A program made the position numbers and the translations under genes. A model generated the notes under the pieces. The model ran no database searches. It saw only the letters and a list, made by a program, of their open reading frames with translations, and was not told the DNA's origin. A stretch of DNA of 41,674 bases, from positions 1 through 41,674 of the forward strand of contig CALAUK010000160.1 in the NCBI GenBank assembly GCA_937892135.1, given 5' to 3'. Source of the DNA: an uncultured Clostridia bacterium. GTDB taxonomy: Bacteria; Bacillota; Clostridia; UBA1381; UMGS1253. Below, piece after piece: positions 18,448 through 26,636 of this stretch; the first letter of the stretch is position 1, and each line of letters opens with the position of its first letter.

Positions 18448-19305
18448 TTAAATAATCTCCGAAAGATTAGCCTGAATACTCTTTGCTACGAAAGGCTTGT
18501 TCATAGAATACACATGAATATGTCCTATTCCGTTTGCTAAAAGGTCTATAATCTGCTCCGTTGCATAAGCGATTCCCGCCTGCCTCATAGCATTTTCGTT
18601 ATCACCGAACTTGTCTAATATAGCACGGAATTTCGCAGGGGTTTTAGTTCCCGAAAGAGAGCAGATGCTTTTCATCTGTTTTGCATGGGTAACGGGCATA
18701 ATTCCTGCCACAACAGGAACAGTTATTCCTGCCTCGCGGATTTTAAAAAGATAGTTATATAAAATATTATTGTCAAAAAACATCTGTGTAACAAGAAAAT
18801 CACAGCCACTGTCAACTTTTCTTTTCAGGTTTTCGATATCTTTTTTAACATTTTCAGATTCGGGGTGCATCTCAGGATAGCACGCACCGCCTATGCAGAA
18901 ATCACCGCACTCTTTTATGTAGCTTATAAGCTCGTTTGCGTGATTAAAATCGCCGTTGGTCTCAGAGGTGCCCTCGGGGAAGTCGCCTCTCAGTGCTAAA
19001 ATGTTTTCAATTCCAAGGTCAGAAAGCTCCGAAAGAGTTGTTTTTATATCCTCTTTTGAGGTTCCTATGCAGGTAAGGTGCGATAAGGTGGGAACATTGT
19101 GCTCACTTAGCATACCTGCAATCTGCTTTGCAAAGCCTTTGTTTGTTCCGCCTGCACCGTATGTAACACTCATATAGTGAGGGGATAGGGCGGCAATTTC
19201 AGAAACTGCCTGGCTTATAGAATCAAAATTTTCACTTCTCTTCGGAGGGAAAACCTCAAAAGAAAGCGTCTGCTCTTTTTGCTTGAACAGTTCGTTTATT
19301 TTCAT
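18448..19305 (-). CDS. metF: 5,10-methylenetetrahydrofolate reductase
   Basis: SFEVFPPK, TYGAGG, HLTC and ALRGD motifs. ATG 19305 (MKINELF) has proper SD spacing, whereas ATG 19314 is 1 nt from the SD. Confidence 0.92.
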   Translation of the reverse strand: MKINELFKQKEQTLSFEVFPPKRSENFDSISQAVSEIAALSPHYMSVTYGAGGTNKGFAKQIAGMLSEHNVPTLSHLTCIGTSKEDIKTTLSELSDLGIENILALRGDFPEGTSETNGDFNHANELISYIKECGDFCIGGACYPEMHPESENVKKDIENLKRKVDSGCDFLVTQMFFDNNILYNYLFKIREAGITVPVVAGIMPVTHAKQMKSICSLSGTKTPAKFRAILDKFGDNENAMRQAGIAYATEQIIDLLANGIGHIHVYSMNKPFVAKSIQANLSEII

Positions 19306-19352
19306 TTTTCTCATATCCTTTCATAAAAAAGAAAATATACCTATACATCGTA

Positions 19353-19381
19353 ATTATACAATGATGATATATAAAAATCAA
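19353..19381 (-). promoter_or_regulatory. consensus sigma-A promoter of the metF-metH operon
   Basis: The minus strand reads TTGATT, 17 nt, then TATAAT. The leader is ~45 nt. Confidence 0.55.
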
Positions 19382-19604
19382 GTGTTCCTCACTGCTTTAA
19401 AAGCTAAAAATCAATTTGTCAAAGAAACATATGTCAAAAAAAGAGAAAAAAAGACCTGATTTTGTGTAAAATTAACAAAAAAATCACTCAATCTTGTTAA
19501 AAATTTAGGTAGGAATTTATAAAGGAAGTGAAGAATATAGATTTAAAATGTGTGTTTATTATATGAATTTACATACAGAAAACAGAAAATGGGAGGTAAG
19601 GTAT

Positions 19605-21662
19605 ATGGGAAATTTTACAGCTGATAAATTGCGCAATCTTTGTCTTGCAGGTCACGGCAGAGCAGGAAAGACTACGTTGTGTGAAGCAATGCTTTATCAC
19701 AGCGGTGCAATAGACAGAATGGGTAATGTGGAAGAAGGAACAACCACAACTGATTACGATATAGAGGAAACAAAACGCCATTTTTCAATTTCCACGGCGG
19801 TAGCACCTGTGGAGTGGAAGGGCTGTAAGATTAATATTATAGACACCCCCGGGTATTTTGACTTCGTAGGCGGTGTCAGAGAGGGAATGTGCGGAGCGGA
19901 TAACGTTACAATTTTAGTCAGCGGTAAGTCCGGTGTCGGCGTTGGAACAGAAAACGCTTTCAGATACGCTGCGCTTAAAAAGATTCCGATAACTATGTTT
20001 GTTACAAAGCTTGAAAACGAGCATTCTGATTATAATGGTGTTTTAGAGCAGATGAAGAGCCGTTTCGGAACAGCCATTATTCCTTTTTCGTATCCTATAA
20101 TTGAGGACGGAAAAACTCTTGGAATGGTTGACATTGTTGAAGAAGTTGCATATATGTATGAAAACTTCAAATGCACAAGTGCACCTGTTCCCGAAAGCTT
20201 AAAGGACACTGTGGCATCTGTAAGAGAAGCTCTTTTTGAGCAGATTGCAGAAACTTCAGAGGAGCTTTTGGAAAAATATTTCTCAGGCGAGCCTTTTACA
20301 AAGGAAGAAATTGATAAGGGTATTAAGCAGGGTATACACGACAGCGTTATTATTCCTGTGTTTGCAGGTGAGCTTTCGCGTGGAGCAGGTATAGAAACAT
20401 ATCTTAATGCTGTTGTTAAATATATGGAGTCTCCCGTTGAGAGAGAGAATATGACAGCGCACGACAGCAAGGGAGAAGAAATTCCTCTTAAAGCGGAAGA
20501 TAATGAGCCTTTGTCTGCGGTTGTGTTTAAAACTGTTGCGGACCCGTATGTAGGAAAGCTTTCTATTTTCAGAGTTATGTCTGGCAGGATAAAAAGCGAT
20601 TCAACAGTATATAACTCAACTAAAATGAAAGATGAAAAAATCGGCAAGCTTTATGTTATAAAGGGCAAAAAGCAGACTGAGGTTTCTGAGGTTTGCGCAG
20701 GTGATATCGGCGCGGTTACTAAGCTTTTAGTAACAACCACAGGAGACACACTTTGCGCTCAGGGCAAGGATATCGTTTTGGACGGAATAGACTATCCCAA
20801 ACCCGTTATAAGCTTTGCTATTCTGCCTCTTGCAAAGGGCGACGAGGAAAAGATAAGCTCAGGTCTTCAGAAGCTAAGAGAAGAAGACCCGACATTTTCA
20901 GTTTCAAACAATAAAGAAACTCACCAGATGATTATTTCAGGTCAGGGTGAGCAGCATATTGATATTATAGTAAGCAAGCTTAAAGCAAAATATGGAGTAG
21001 ATGTTAAGCTTGAAAAGCCGATTATCGCTTACCGCGAAACAATAAGAGGAAAAGCTAAGGTTGAAGGAAAGCACAAAAAGCAGTCCGGCGGTCACGGTCA
21101 GTACGGTCACGTTGTTATTGAGTTTGAGCCGTCTGAAACAGATGGTTTGGAGTTTTTGGAAAATGTATTCGGCGGAAGCGTTCCTAAAAACTATTTCCCC
21201 GCAGTTGAAAAGGGCTTAAAGGATTGTATGGAGACAGGTGTTCTTGCAGGATATCCTGTTGTAGGACTTAAGGCAACCTTGCTTGACGGCTCATATCATC
21301 CTGTGGACTCTTCGGAAATGGCATTTAAGGTTGCGGCATCTATCGCATTTAAAAACGGCTTAGCGCAGGCGCGTCCCGTTCTTTTAGAGCCGGTTGGCTA
21401 CCTTCAGGTAACAGTTCCCGAGGCTCTTATGGGTGATGTCATAGGCGATATAAACAAGCGCCGAGGAAGAATCTTAGGAATGGGAACAGGCACTGTTGAT
21501 GCTGAGGTACCTGAGGCAGAAATGTATAAATATGCAACAGATTTAAGGTCTATGACTCAGGGAAGAGGACAGTTCAGCTTTGAATTTATCCGTTATGAAG
21601 AGGTTAGCGGTAACGTTGCTGAAAAGGTCATCGCAGATGCTGAAAAGAGAAAGGCAGAATAA
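19605..21662 (+). CDS. elongation factor G paralog (EFG-II-like)
   Basis: Five-domain EF-G architecture including the domain IV loop KKQSGGHGQYGHV. Has GHGRAGKTT, DTPGY and TKLE in place of the canonical G motifs. GGGAGG lies 8 nt before ATG 19605. Confidence 0.9.
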   Translation: MGNFTADKLRNLCLAGHGRAGKTTLCEAMLYHSGAIDRMGNVEEGTTTTDYDIEETKRHFSISTAVAPVEWKGCKINIIDTPGYFDFVGGVREGMCGADNVTILVSGKSGVGVGTENAFRYAALKKIPITMFVTKLENEHSDYNGVLEQMKSRFGTAIIPFSYPIIEDGKTLGMVDIVEEVAYMYENFKCTSAPVPESLKDTVASVREALFEQIAETSEELLEKYFSGEPFTKEEIDKGIKQGIHDSVIIPVFAGELSRGAGIETYLNAVVKYMESPVERENMTAHDSKGEEIPLKAEDNEPLSAVVFKTVADPYVGKLSIFRVMSGRIKSDSTVYNSTKMKDEKIGKLYVIKGKKQTEVSEVCAGDIGAVTKLLVTTTGDTLCAQGKDIVLDGIDYPKPVISFAILPLAKGDEEKISSGLQKLREEDPTFSVSNNKETHQMIISGQGEQHIDIIVSKLKAKYGVDVKLEKPIIAYRETIRGKAKVEGKHKKQSGGHGQYGHVVIEFEPSETDGLEFLENVFGGSVPKNYFPAVEKGLKDCMETGVLAGYPVVGLKATLLDGSYHPVDSSEMAFKVAASIAFKNGLAQARPVLLEPVGYLQVTVPEALMGDVIGDINKRRGRILGMGTGTVDAEVPEAEMYKYATDLRSMTQGRGQFSFEFIRYEEVSGNVAEKVIADAEKRKAE

Positions 21663-21674
21663 AAAATTTTAACG

Positions 21675-21709
21675 AAAATGCACAACGTTTCTTGGCGTTG
21701 TGCATTTTT
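21675..21709 (+). terminator. intrinsic terminator after the EF-G paralog
   Basis: 13-bp perfect stem AAAATGCACAACG / CGTTGTGCATTTT followed by a T run. Confidence 0.8.
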
Positions 21710-21826
21710 AACAAAAAAACGTATAAAATTTCATTAAAACAGACTCTATGCAAAAGTTTTTATATGTGTTATAATATATTTCGTTAGATGATTGCGGATG
21801 CAATACAAGAAAGGGGAAAATAAAAA

Positions 21827-22936
21827 ATGTCAGATTTAAGTTTAAGAGGTATTTATAAAAGATACCAGGGCGGCGTAGTTGCAGTAAGCGACTTCAACCT
21901 TGAAATTGAAGACAAAGAGTTTATAATTTTGGTAGGTCCTTCCGGTTGCGGTAAGTCTACAACACTAAGAATGATTGCCGGTCTTGAGGAAATCAGTGAC
22001 GGTGAACTTTATATCGATGGAAGACTTGTTAACGAAGTATCTCCCAGAGACAGAGATATTGCGATGGTTTTCCAGAACTATGCTCTATATCCTCATATGA
22101 CAGTATTTGAGAATATGGCGTTCGGTCTTAAATTAAGAAAGACTCCTAAGGATGAAATCAAGAGACGTGTACAGGAGGCTGCTGAGATTCTTGGTATCGA
22201 GCACCTACTAGACAGAAAGCCCAGAGCTCTTTCAGGCGGTCAGAGACAGCGTGTTGCTCTAGGTCGTGCTATCGTTCGTGAGCCTAAGGTATTCTTGATG
22301 GATGAGCCTTTGTCAAACCTTGATGCTAAGCTTCGTGTTCAGATGAGAACAGAGATTGGTAAACTACATAACAAGCTTCAGACAACATTTATCTACGTTA
22401 CACATGACCAGACAGAAGCTATGACAATGGGTAGCCGTATCGTTGTTATGAAAGATGGTATCATTCAGCAGGTTGATTCACCCGCTAACCTATATAACAA
22501 TCCTTGCAATATGTTCGTTGCAGGCTTTATCGGAAGCCCCCAGATGAACTTTGCAGATGTAAAGGTTGAAAACGAGGGCGAGGGCGAGGTTTGTCTTGTA
22601 TTGGGAGATTCTAAGATTGTTCTTCCTGCTTCAAGAGCTGCAAACCTTGACAAGCGTTACATTGGCAAAGAAGTTGTAATGGGTATTCGTCCTGAAGACC
22701 TTTACGATGATGATGCATTTATTTCTGCTAACCCCGGTTCAACAATTTCTGCTAAGGTAGAAATCACAGAAATGATGGGTGCTGAGACATACTTGTACCT
22801 AACAGCTGAGAATAACTCCTTCACAGCAAGAGTTAACCCCAGCTCAACAGCTAAATCAGGCGACATTCTTAAGGTTGCTCTTGATATTAACAAGATTCAC
22901 CTATTCGATAAGGAAACACAGGTTTCTTTGTTATAA
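21827..22936 (+). CDS. sugar ABC transporter ATP-binding protein (MalK/MsmX/UgpC family), orphan
   Basis: GPSGCGKST, LSGGQRQRVALGRA, LMDEPLSNLD and a C-terminal TOBE/MalK regulatory domain. No permease or binding-protein gene lies adjacent. Confidence 0.93.
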   Translation: MSDLSLRGIYKRYQGGVVAVSDFNLEIEDKEFIILVGPSGCGKSTTLRMIAGLEEISDGELYIDGRLVNEVSPRDRDIAMVFQNYALYPHMTVFENMAFGLKLRKTPKDEIKRRVQEAAEILGIEHLLDRKPRALSGGQRQRVALGRAIVREPKVFLMDEPLSNLDAKLRVQMRTEIGKLHNKLQTTFIYVTHDQTEAMTMGSRIVVMKDGIIQQVDSPANLYNNPCNMFVAGFIGSPQMNFADVKVENEGEGEVCLVLGDSKIVLPASRAANLDKRYIGKEVVMGIRPEDLYDDDAFISANPGSTISAKVEITEMMGAETYLYLTAENNSFTARVNPSSTAKSGDILKVALDINKIHLFDKETQVSLL

Positions 22937-22946
22937 TTTAAAAATT

Positions 22947-22975
22947 AAGGCTGAGCGAAAGCTCAGCCTTTTTTG
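22947..22975 (+). terminator. intrinsic terminator after the ABC ATPase
   Basis: AAGGCTGAGC-GAAA-GCTCAGCCTT followed by TTTTT. Confidence 0.85.
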
Positions 22976-22992
22976 TTGTTTCGATAAGAATT

Positions 22993-23023
22993 AAAAAAGC
23001 ACTTGCAAACGCAAGTGCTTTTT

Positions 23024-23024
<1 letters not shown>
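22993..23024 (-). terminator. intrinsic terminator after tRNA-Arg (bidirectional shape)
   Basis: GCACTTGC-AAAC-GCAAGTGC hairpin flanked by A6/T6. Confidence 0.8.
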
Positions 23025-23100
<76 letters not shown>

Positions 23101-23122
23101 AAATATTTAATCAACGTATGAT

Positions 23123-23151
23123 ATTATAACACAGTAAAAGTTGTTTGTCAA
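23123..23151 (-). promoter_or_regulatory. consensus sigma-A promoter of tRNA-Arg
   Basis: The minus strand reads TTGACA, 17 nt, then TATAAT with an extended TG, 22 nt upstream of the tRNA 5' end. Confidence 0.65.
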
Positions 23152-23202
23152 ATAATTTTTTTAAAAAAATAAAAAAAGTGTGAAAAAATAGGTATAAATC
23201 TA

Positions 23203-23231
23203 TTGAAAAAAAGCTGATTTTATGATACAAT
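23203..23231 (+). promoter_or_regulatory. candidate sigma-A promoter of the LOG/lipoprotein pair
   Basis: TTGAAA, 17 nt, then TACAAT with an extended TG. Confidence 0.55.
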
Positions 23232-23307
23232 TCATAATGAAGATGGATTTATTCTTATAATTGAAGAATATGCGTATATAATATAATAGAAGGAAAGGAG
23301 AGATATT

Positions 23308-23883
23308 ATGAGAATTTGTGTATATGGAGCATCAAGCAATGCTATAGATAAAAATTTTATAACTAAGGTTGAAGAGCTTGGTAGAAATCTTGTTACAAGA
23401 GGGCACAGCCTTGTTTTCGGAGGCGGAGCTCAGGGGCTTATGGGCGCTGTGGCAAGAGGAGTTTATGAAAAGGGCGGAGAAATTTTAGGAGTTTCGCCCA
23501 GATTTTTTGATGCGGACGGTATTTTATTTGAAAACTGCACAGAGCTTGTGTTTACAGATACTATGCGTGAGCGTAAGCAGACAATGGAGGATAATGCGGA
23601 TGCTTTTATAATAACTCCCGGCGGTATAGGGACGTATGAGGAATTTTTTGAAATTCTTACCTTAAAGCAGCTTGGAAGACACGCTAAGGCGATTGTGATA
23701 TATAACGTTTCAGGGTATTACGACACAATGCTTAAGATGATGGATGAGACGGTGGAGAAGAAATTCATGAAAGAGACCGCATACGAGCTTTATAAAGTGT
23801 TTGATGATGCAGATGAAATGCTTGATTATATCGAAGAATATAGAGGCGAAACAGCGGAGGCAAAATATTTTAAAAATATTTAA
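23308..23883 (+). CDS. LOG-family (TIGR00730) nucleotide 5'-monophosphate phosphoribohydrolase
   Basis: GGGAQGLMG and PGGIGTYEE motifs. 191 aa. Confidence 0.88.
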   Translation: MRICVYGASSNAIDKNFITKVEELGRNLVTRGHSLVFGGGAQGLMGAVARGVYEKGGEILGVSPRFFDADGILFENCTELVFTDTMRERKQTMEDNADAFIITPGGIGTYEEFFEILTLKQLGRHAKAIVIYNVSGYYDTMLKMMDETVEKKFMKETAYELYKVFDDADEMLDYIEEYRGETAEAKYFKNI

Positions 23884-23893
23884 GAGGTAGATT

Positions 23894-24883
23894 ATGAAAA
23901 AGTTATTTGGAATTATTTTATGTATTTTAGTGGTTGTGTCTTGTCTTGCAGGATGCTCTTTAAACAGGACAAGTGGAGGTTTGACACCGCATGCTGCAAA
24001 GAAAAATATTGCAGTTATTACAGCAGGAGAAAGTGATGAGGAGTTTGATAATTTCTGTAATGGTGTTTTAGAAAAGTTTACTTATCATGGCTATAAGGTG
24101 GATAAGTTTGCAACAAGAGGCGATATGACTTATCTTGATGACCTTTTTGCCTCTTCTTTAAATGGTGGTTATACAGGAGTTATTTTATATGACTTAAACG
24201 ATTATGCAGAGGACTTTTATAAAAAAGCTTCTGAGGCGGGAGTCTGGACTGTTATATTCAGCAAGGTTCCTTTTGAAAGCGAAAAACTTCCTGTTGTCTG
24301 CTACGACCAGGAGGAGATGGTTTCTCTTTCAGTTGACCAGCTTTTAGAGCTTTATAAGGGAAGTGATGCAGGAAAAAAGACTGTTGCTAAAATATGGTGC
24401 TACGGAAAAGACGAAGAGGGCTTTTTAAGAAGTGATGTTTTTTCAAAAAAGATGCAGGAAAACGGAATAAGAGTGGCTTTTGAGGCTTACGAGGAAACGT
24501 TGGCAAGCGGACTGTCAAGAAGTACAAAAGCAAAGATTTCAACTCTTCCTGAGGATGGCGAATGTTTTGTCTGGGTAAGTGATGACGATATGGCAAATCT
24601 TGTTTCGACTTATCTTAAAAACGAAAGCATTAATAATGCGGTTGTTGTTAGCGTTGGCTTTTCGCAGAAGAACTTAAAAAATATGTTCCTTTCAAAGAAT
24701 TATTGGCATAGCACAAGTGCAGTAAGCTATAAAAAAGCGGGAGCTGTTTGTGCAGACGTGCTTAACAAATGCTTTGACGGAACTGAGCACGATGTCATTA
24801 CATATATCCCGAGCGTTGTGCTTGAAACCGAGAGTTTGGAAGACGATTCATCTATTGAGGTGCTTGAAGAGATTTCTGAATAA
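23894..24883 (+). CDS. lipoprotein, probably with a type-1 periplasmic-binding-protein (sugar-binding-like) fold
   Basis: Signal peptide with lipobox LAGC|S. The mature part shows alternating beta/alpha patterning reminiscent of RbsB/LacI-type binding domains. The fold assignment is tentative. Confidence 0.6.
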   Translation: MKKLFGIILCILVVVSCLAGCSLNRTSGGLTPHAAKKNIAVITAGESDEEFDNFCNGVLEKFTYHGYKVDKFATRGDMTYLDDLFASSLNGGYTGVILYDLNDYAEDFYKKASEAGVWTVIFSKVPFESEKLPVVCYDQEEMVSLSVDQLLELYKGSDAGKKTVAKIWCYGKDEEGFLRSDVFSKKMQENGIRVAFEAYEETLASGLSRSTKAKISTLPEDGECFVWVSDDDMANLVSTYLKNESINNAVVVSVGFSQKNLKNMFLSKNYWHSTSAVSYKKAGAVCADVLNKCFDGTEHDVITYIPSVVLETESLEDDSSIEVLEEISE

Positions 24884-24909
24884 TCTTTTTTAAAATATCA
24901 AAAAAGATA

Positions 24910-24938
24910 TTGAAAAAACATAAAAAAAGGTATATACT
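24910..24938 (+). promoter_or_regulatory. candidate sigma-A promoter of nifS-nifU
   Basis: TTGAAA, 17 nt, then TATACT. Confidence 0.5.
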
Positions 24939-24978
24939 GTATCGGTGAGAAAATTATTAGGAAATACAGGTGAAAAAA

Positions 24979-26166
24979 ATGGGTAACAAAGTATATATGG
25001 ATAACGCTGCAACAACTCCTCTTAAAAAAGAGGTTTTGGATGCTATGCTTCCGTATCTTACGGAAAACTACGGAAATGCCTCTTCTATATATCAGACAGG
25101 CAGAGAGGCAAAAGCCGCTTTAGACGGTGCAAGAGAAGCTATAAGTAAAACCTTGAATGCATCGCCTAAGGAAATTTATTTTACTGCATCAGGAAGCGAA
25201 GCGGATAACTGGGCAATAAAGGGAGCGGCTATGGCAAATAAGGCCCGGGGAAATCATATTATAACCTCGGCAATAGAGCATCATGCTGTTTTGCACACTC
25301 TTCAGCATCTTGAGAAAAACGGATTTGAGGTTACTTATCTTCCCGTTGACGAAAACGGGCAAATAAGCTTAAAAGATTTAGAAAACGCCATAAAGGACAC
25401 AACTATTTTAATAACAATTATGTTTGCCAATAACGAAATAGGAACTATTCAGCCTATAAAGGAGATTGGTGAAATCGCAAAGAAGAACAGGATTTTGTTC
25501 CATACAGATGCGGTTCAGGCTTATGGCCATGTTGATATTGATGTTAAAGAGCTTGGTGTTGATATGTTAAGCGTCTCAGCGCATAAGATTTACGGACCTA
25601 AGGGCGTTGGAGCTTTGTATATGAGACTTGGCATTAATGTTGAAAACTTTATGCATGGCGGAGCTCAGGAAAGGTCAAAAAGAGCGGGCACGGAAAATGT
25701 TGCAGGCATAGTTGGCTTTGCAAAGGCGGCAAGTCTTGCATGCGGTAATATTGAAAAAGACAAAGAGCGTCTTACAAAAATGAGAGACAGGCTTATAAGT
25801 GGAATAGAAGAGAAAATTCCATATATAAAATTTAACGGTCACAGAACAGAGAGACTTCCTAATAATGTGAACTTCTCGTTCAGATATATTGAGGGTGAAG
25901 CACTTTTATTGATGCTTGACATGAAAGGAATTGCGGCTTCAAGCGGCAGCGCGTGCACATCGGGTTCGTTAGACCCGTCTCATGTGCTTCTTGCAATAGG
26001 CCTTCCTCATGAGATAGCTCACGGGTCTTTAAGACTTAGCATAGGTGATTTCACAACTGAAGAAGATATCGATTATGTTCTAGAGACTCTTCCCGGAATT
26101 GTTGAAAGATTAAGAGCTATGTCTCCTTTATATGAAGAAGTTGAAAGGGGTATAAAAAATGTATAG
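24979..26166 (+). CDS. nifS: cysteine desulfurase NifS
   Basis: MDNAATTP, SVSAHKIYGPKG (PLP Lys), RAGTEN, SSGSACTSG. ATG 24979 is preceded by AGGTGA. Confidence 0.93.
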   Translation: MGNKVYMDNAATTPLKKEVLDAMLPYLTENYGNASSIYQTGREAKAALDGAREAISKTLNASPKEIYFTASGSEADNWAIKGAAMANKARGNHIITSAIEHHAVLHTLQHLEKNGFEVTYLPVDENGQISLKDLENAIKDTTILITIMFANNEIGTIQPIKEIGEIAKKNRILFHTDAVQAYGHVDIDVKELGVDMLSVSAHKIYGPKGVGALYMRLGINVENFMHGGAQERSKRAGTENVAGIVGFAKAASLACGNIEKDKERLTKMRDRLISGIEEKIPYIKFNGHRTERLPNNVNFSFRYIEGEALLLMLDMKGIAASSGSACTSGSLDPSHVLLAIGLPHEIAHGSLRLSIGDFTTEEDIDYVLETLPGIVERLRAMSPLYEEVERGIKNV

Positions 26167-26593
26167 TGAAAAAGTTATGGACCATTTTGCAAATCCGAGA
26201 AATGTTGGTGAAATCGAAGGCGCCAGCGGTGTTGGTCAGGTAGGAAATGCAAAGTGCGGAGATATAATGAAGATATATCTTGATATAGAAGATGACATTA
26301 TAAAGGATGTCAAATTTAAAACCTTTGGTTGTGGAGCTGCTGTTGCAACAAGCTCTATGGCAACTGAGCTTGTTAAAGGTAAGACTATTGAAGAAGCTTT
26401 AAAGCTTACAAACAAGGCTGTTATGGAGGCTCTTGATGGTTTGCCGCCGGCAAAGGTTCACTGTAGTGTCCTGGCAGAAGAGGCTATTCACGCTGCAATC
26501 AAGGATTACTATGAAAAGACAGGAAGAGATACTTCCGAGCTTGAAACAAAGTGCGATGGATGTTGCGGAAGCTGCGACAAGCATCACGAATAA
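26159..26593 (+). CDS. nifU: Fe-S cluster assembly scaffold NifU/IscU with a Cys-rich C-terminal tail
   Basis: Has the three scaffold cysteines (NAKCGD, FGCGAA, HCS). Overlaps nifS by 8 nt. The tail reads KCDGCCGSCDKHHE. Confidence 0.92.
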   Translation: MYSEKVMDHFANPRNVGEIEGASGVGQVGNAKCGDIMKIYLDIEDDIIKDVKFKTFGCGAAVATSSMATELVKGKTIEEALKLTNKAVMEALDGLPPAKVHCSVLAEEAIHAAIKDYYEKTGRDTSELETKCDGCCGSCDKHHE

Positions 26594-26600
26594 GTAAAAT

Positions 26601-26630
26601 AAAAAAGCACCCGATTGGGTGCTTTTTTTA
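26601..26630. terminator. bidirectional intrinsic terminator between nifU and the CofE-like gene
   Basis: AGCACCC-GATT-GGGTGCT hairpin flanked by A6 and T7. Confidence 0.85.
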
Positions 26631-26636
26631 TTTGTT

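Noticed and set aside
19306-19540. Expected SAM-I/S-box or T-box leader upstream of metF.
   Set aside because: The minus-strand sequence is AT-rich without the GC helices or conserved boxes of these elements. A consensus promoter lies only ~45 nt from the start codon.
19548-19604. N-terminal extensions given by the longest-ORF starts (19548 for EF-G, 27911 for CofE-like, 28031 for comEC, 11135 for thiI, 39881 for cdsA, 34266 for azlD, 24970 for nifS, 17765 for metH, 19314 for metF).
   Set aside because: In each case a downstream ATG has a proper SD at 6-11 nt and gives the family-typical N-terminus. Several of the extended starts overlap predicted promoters or the preceding gene.
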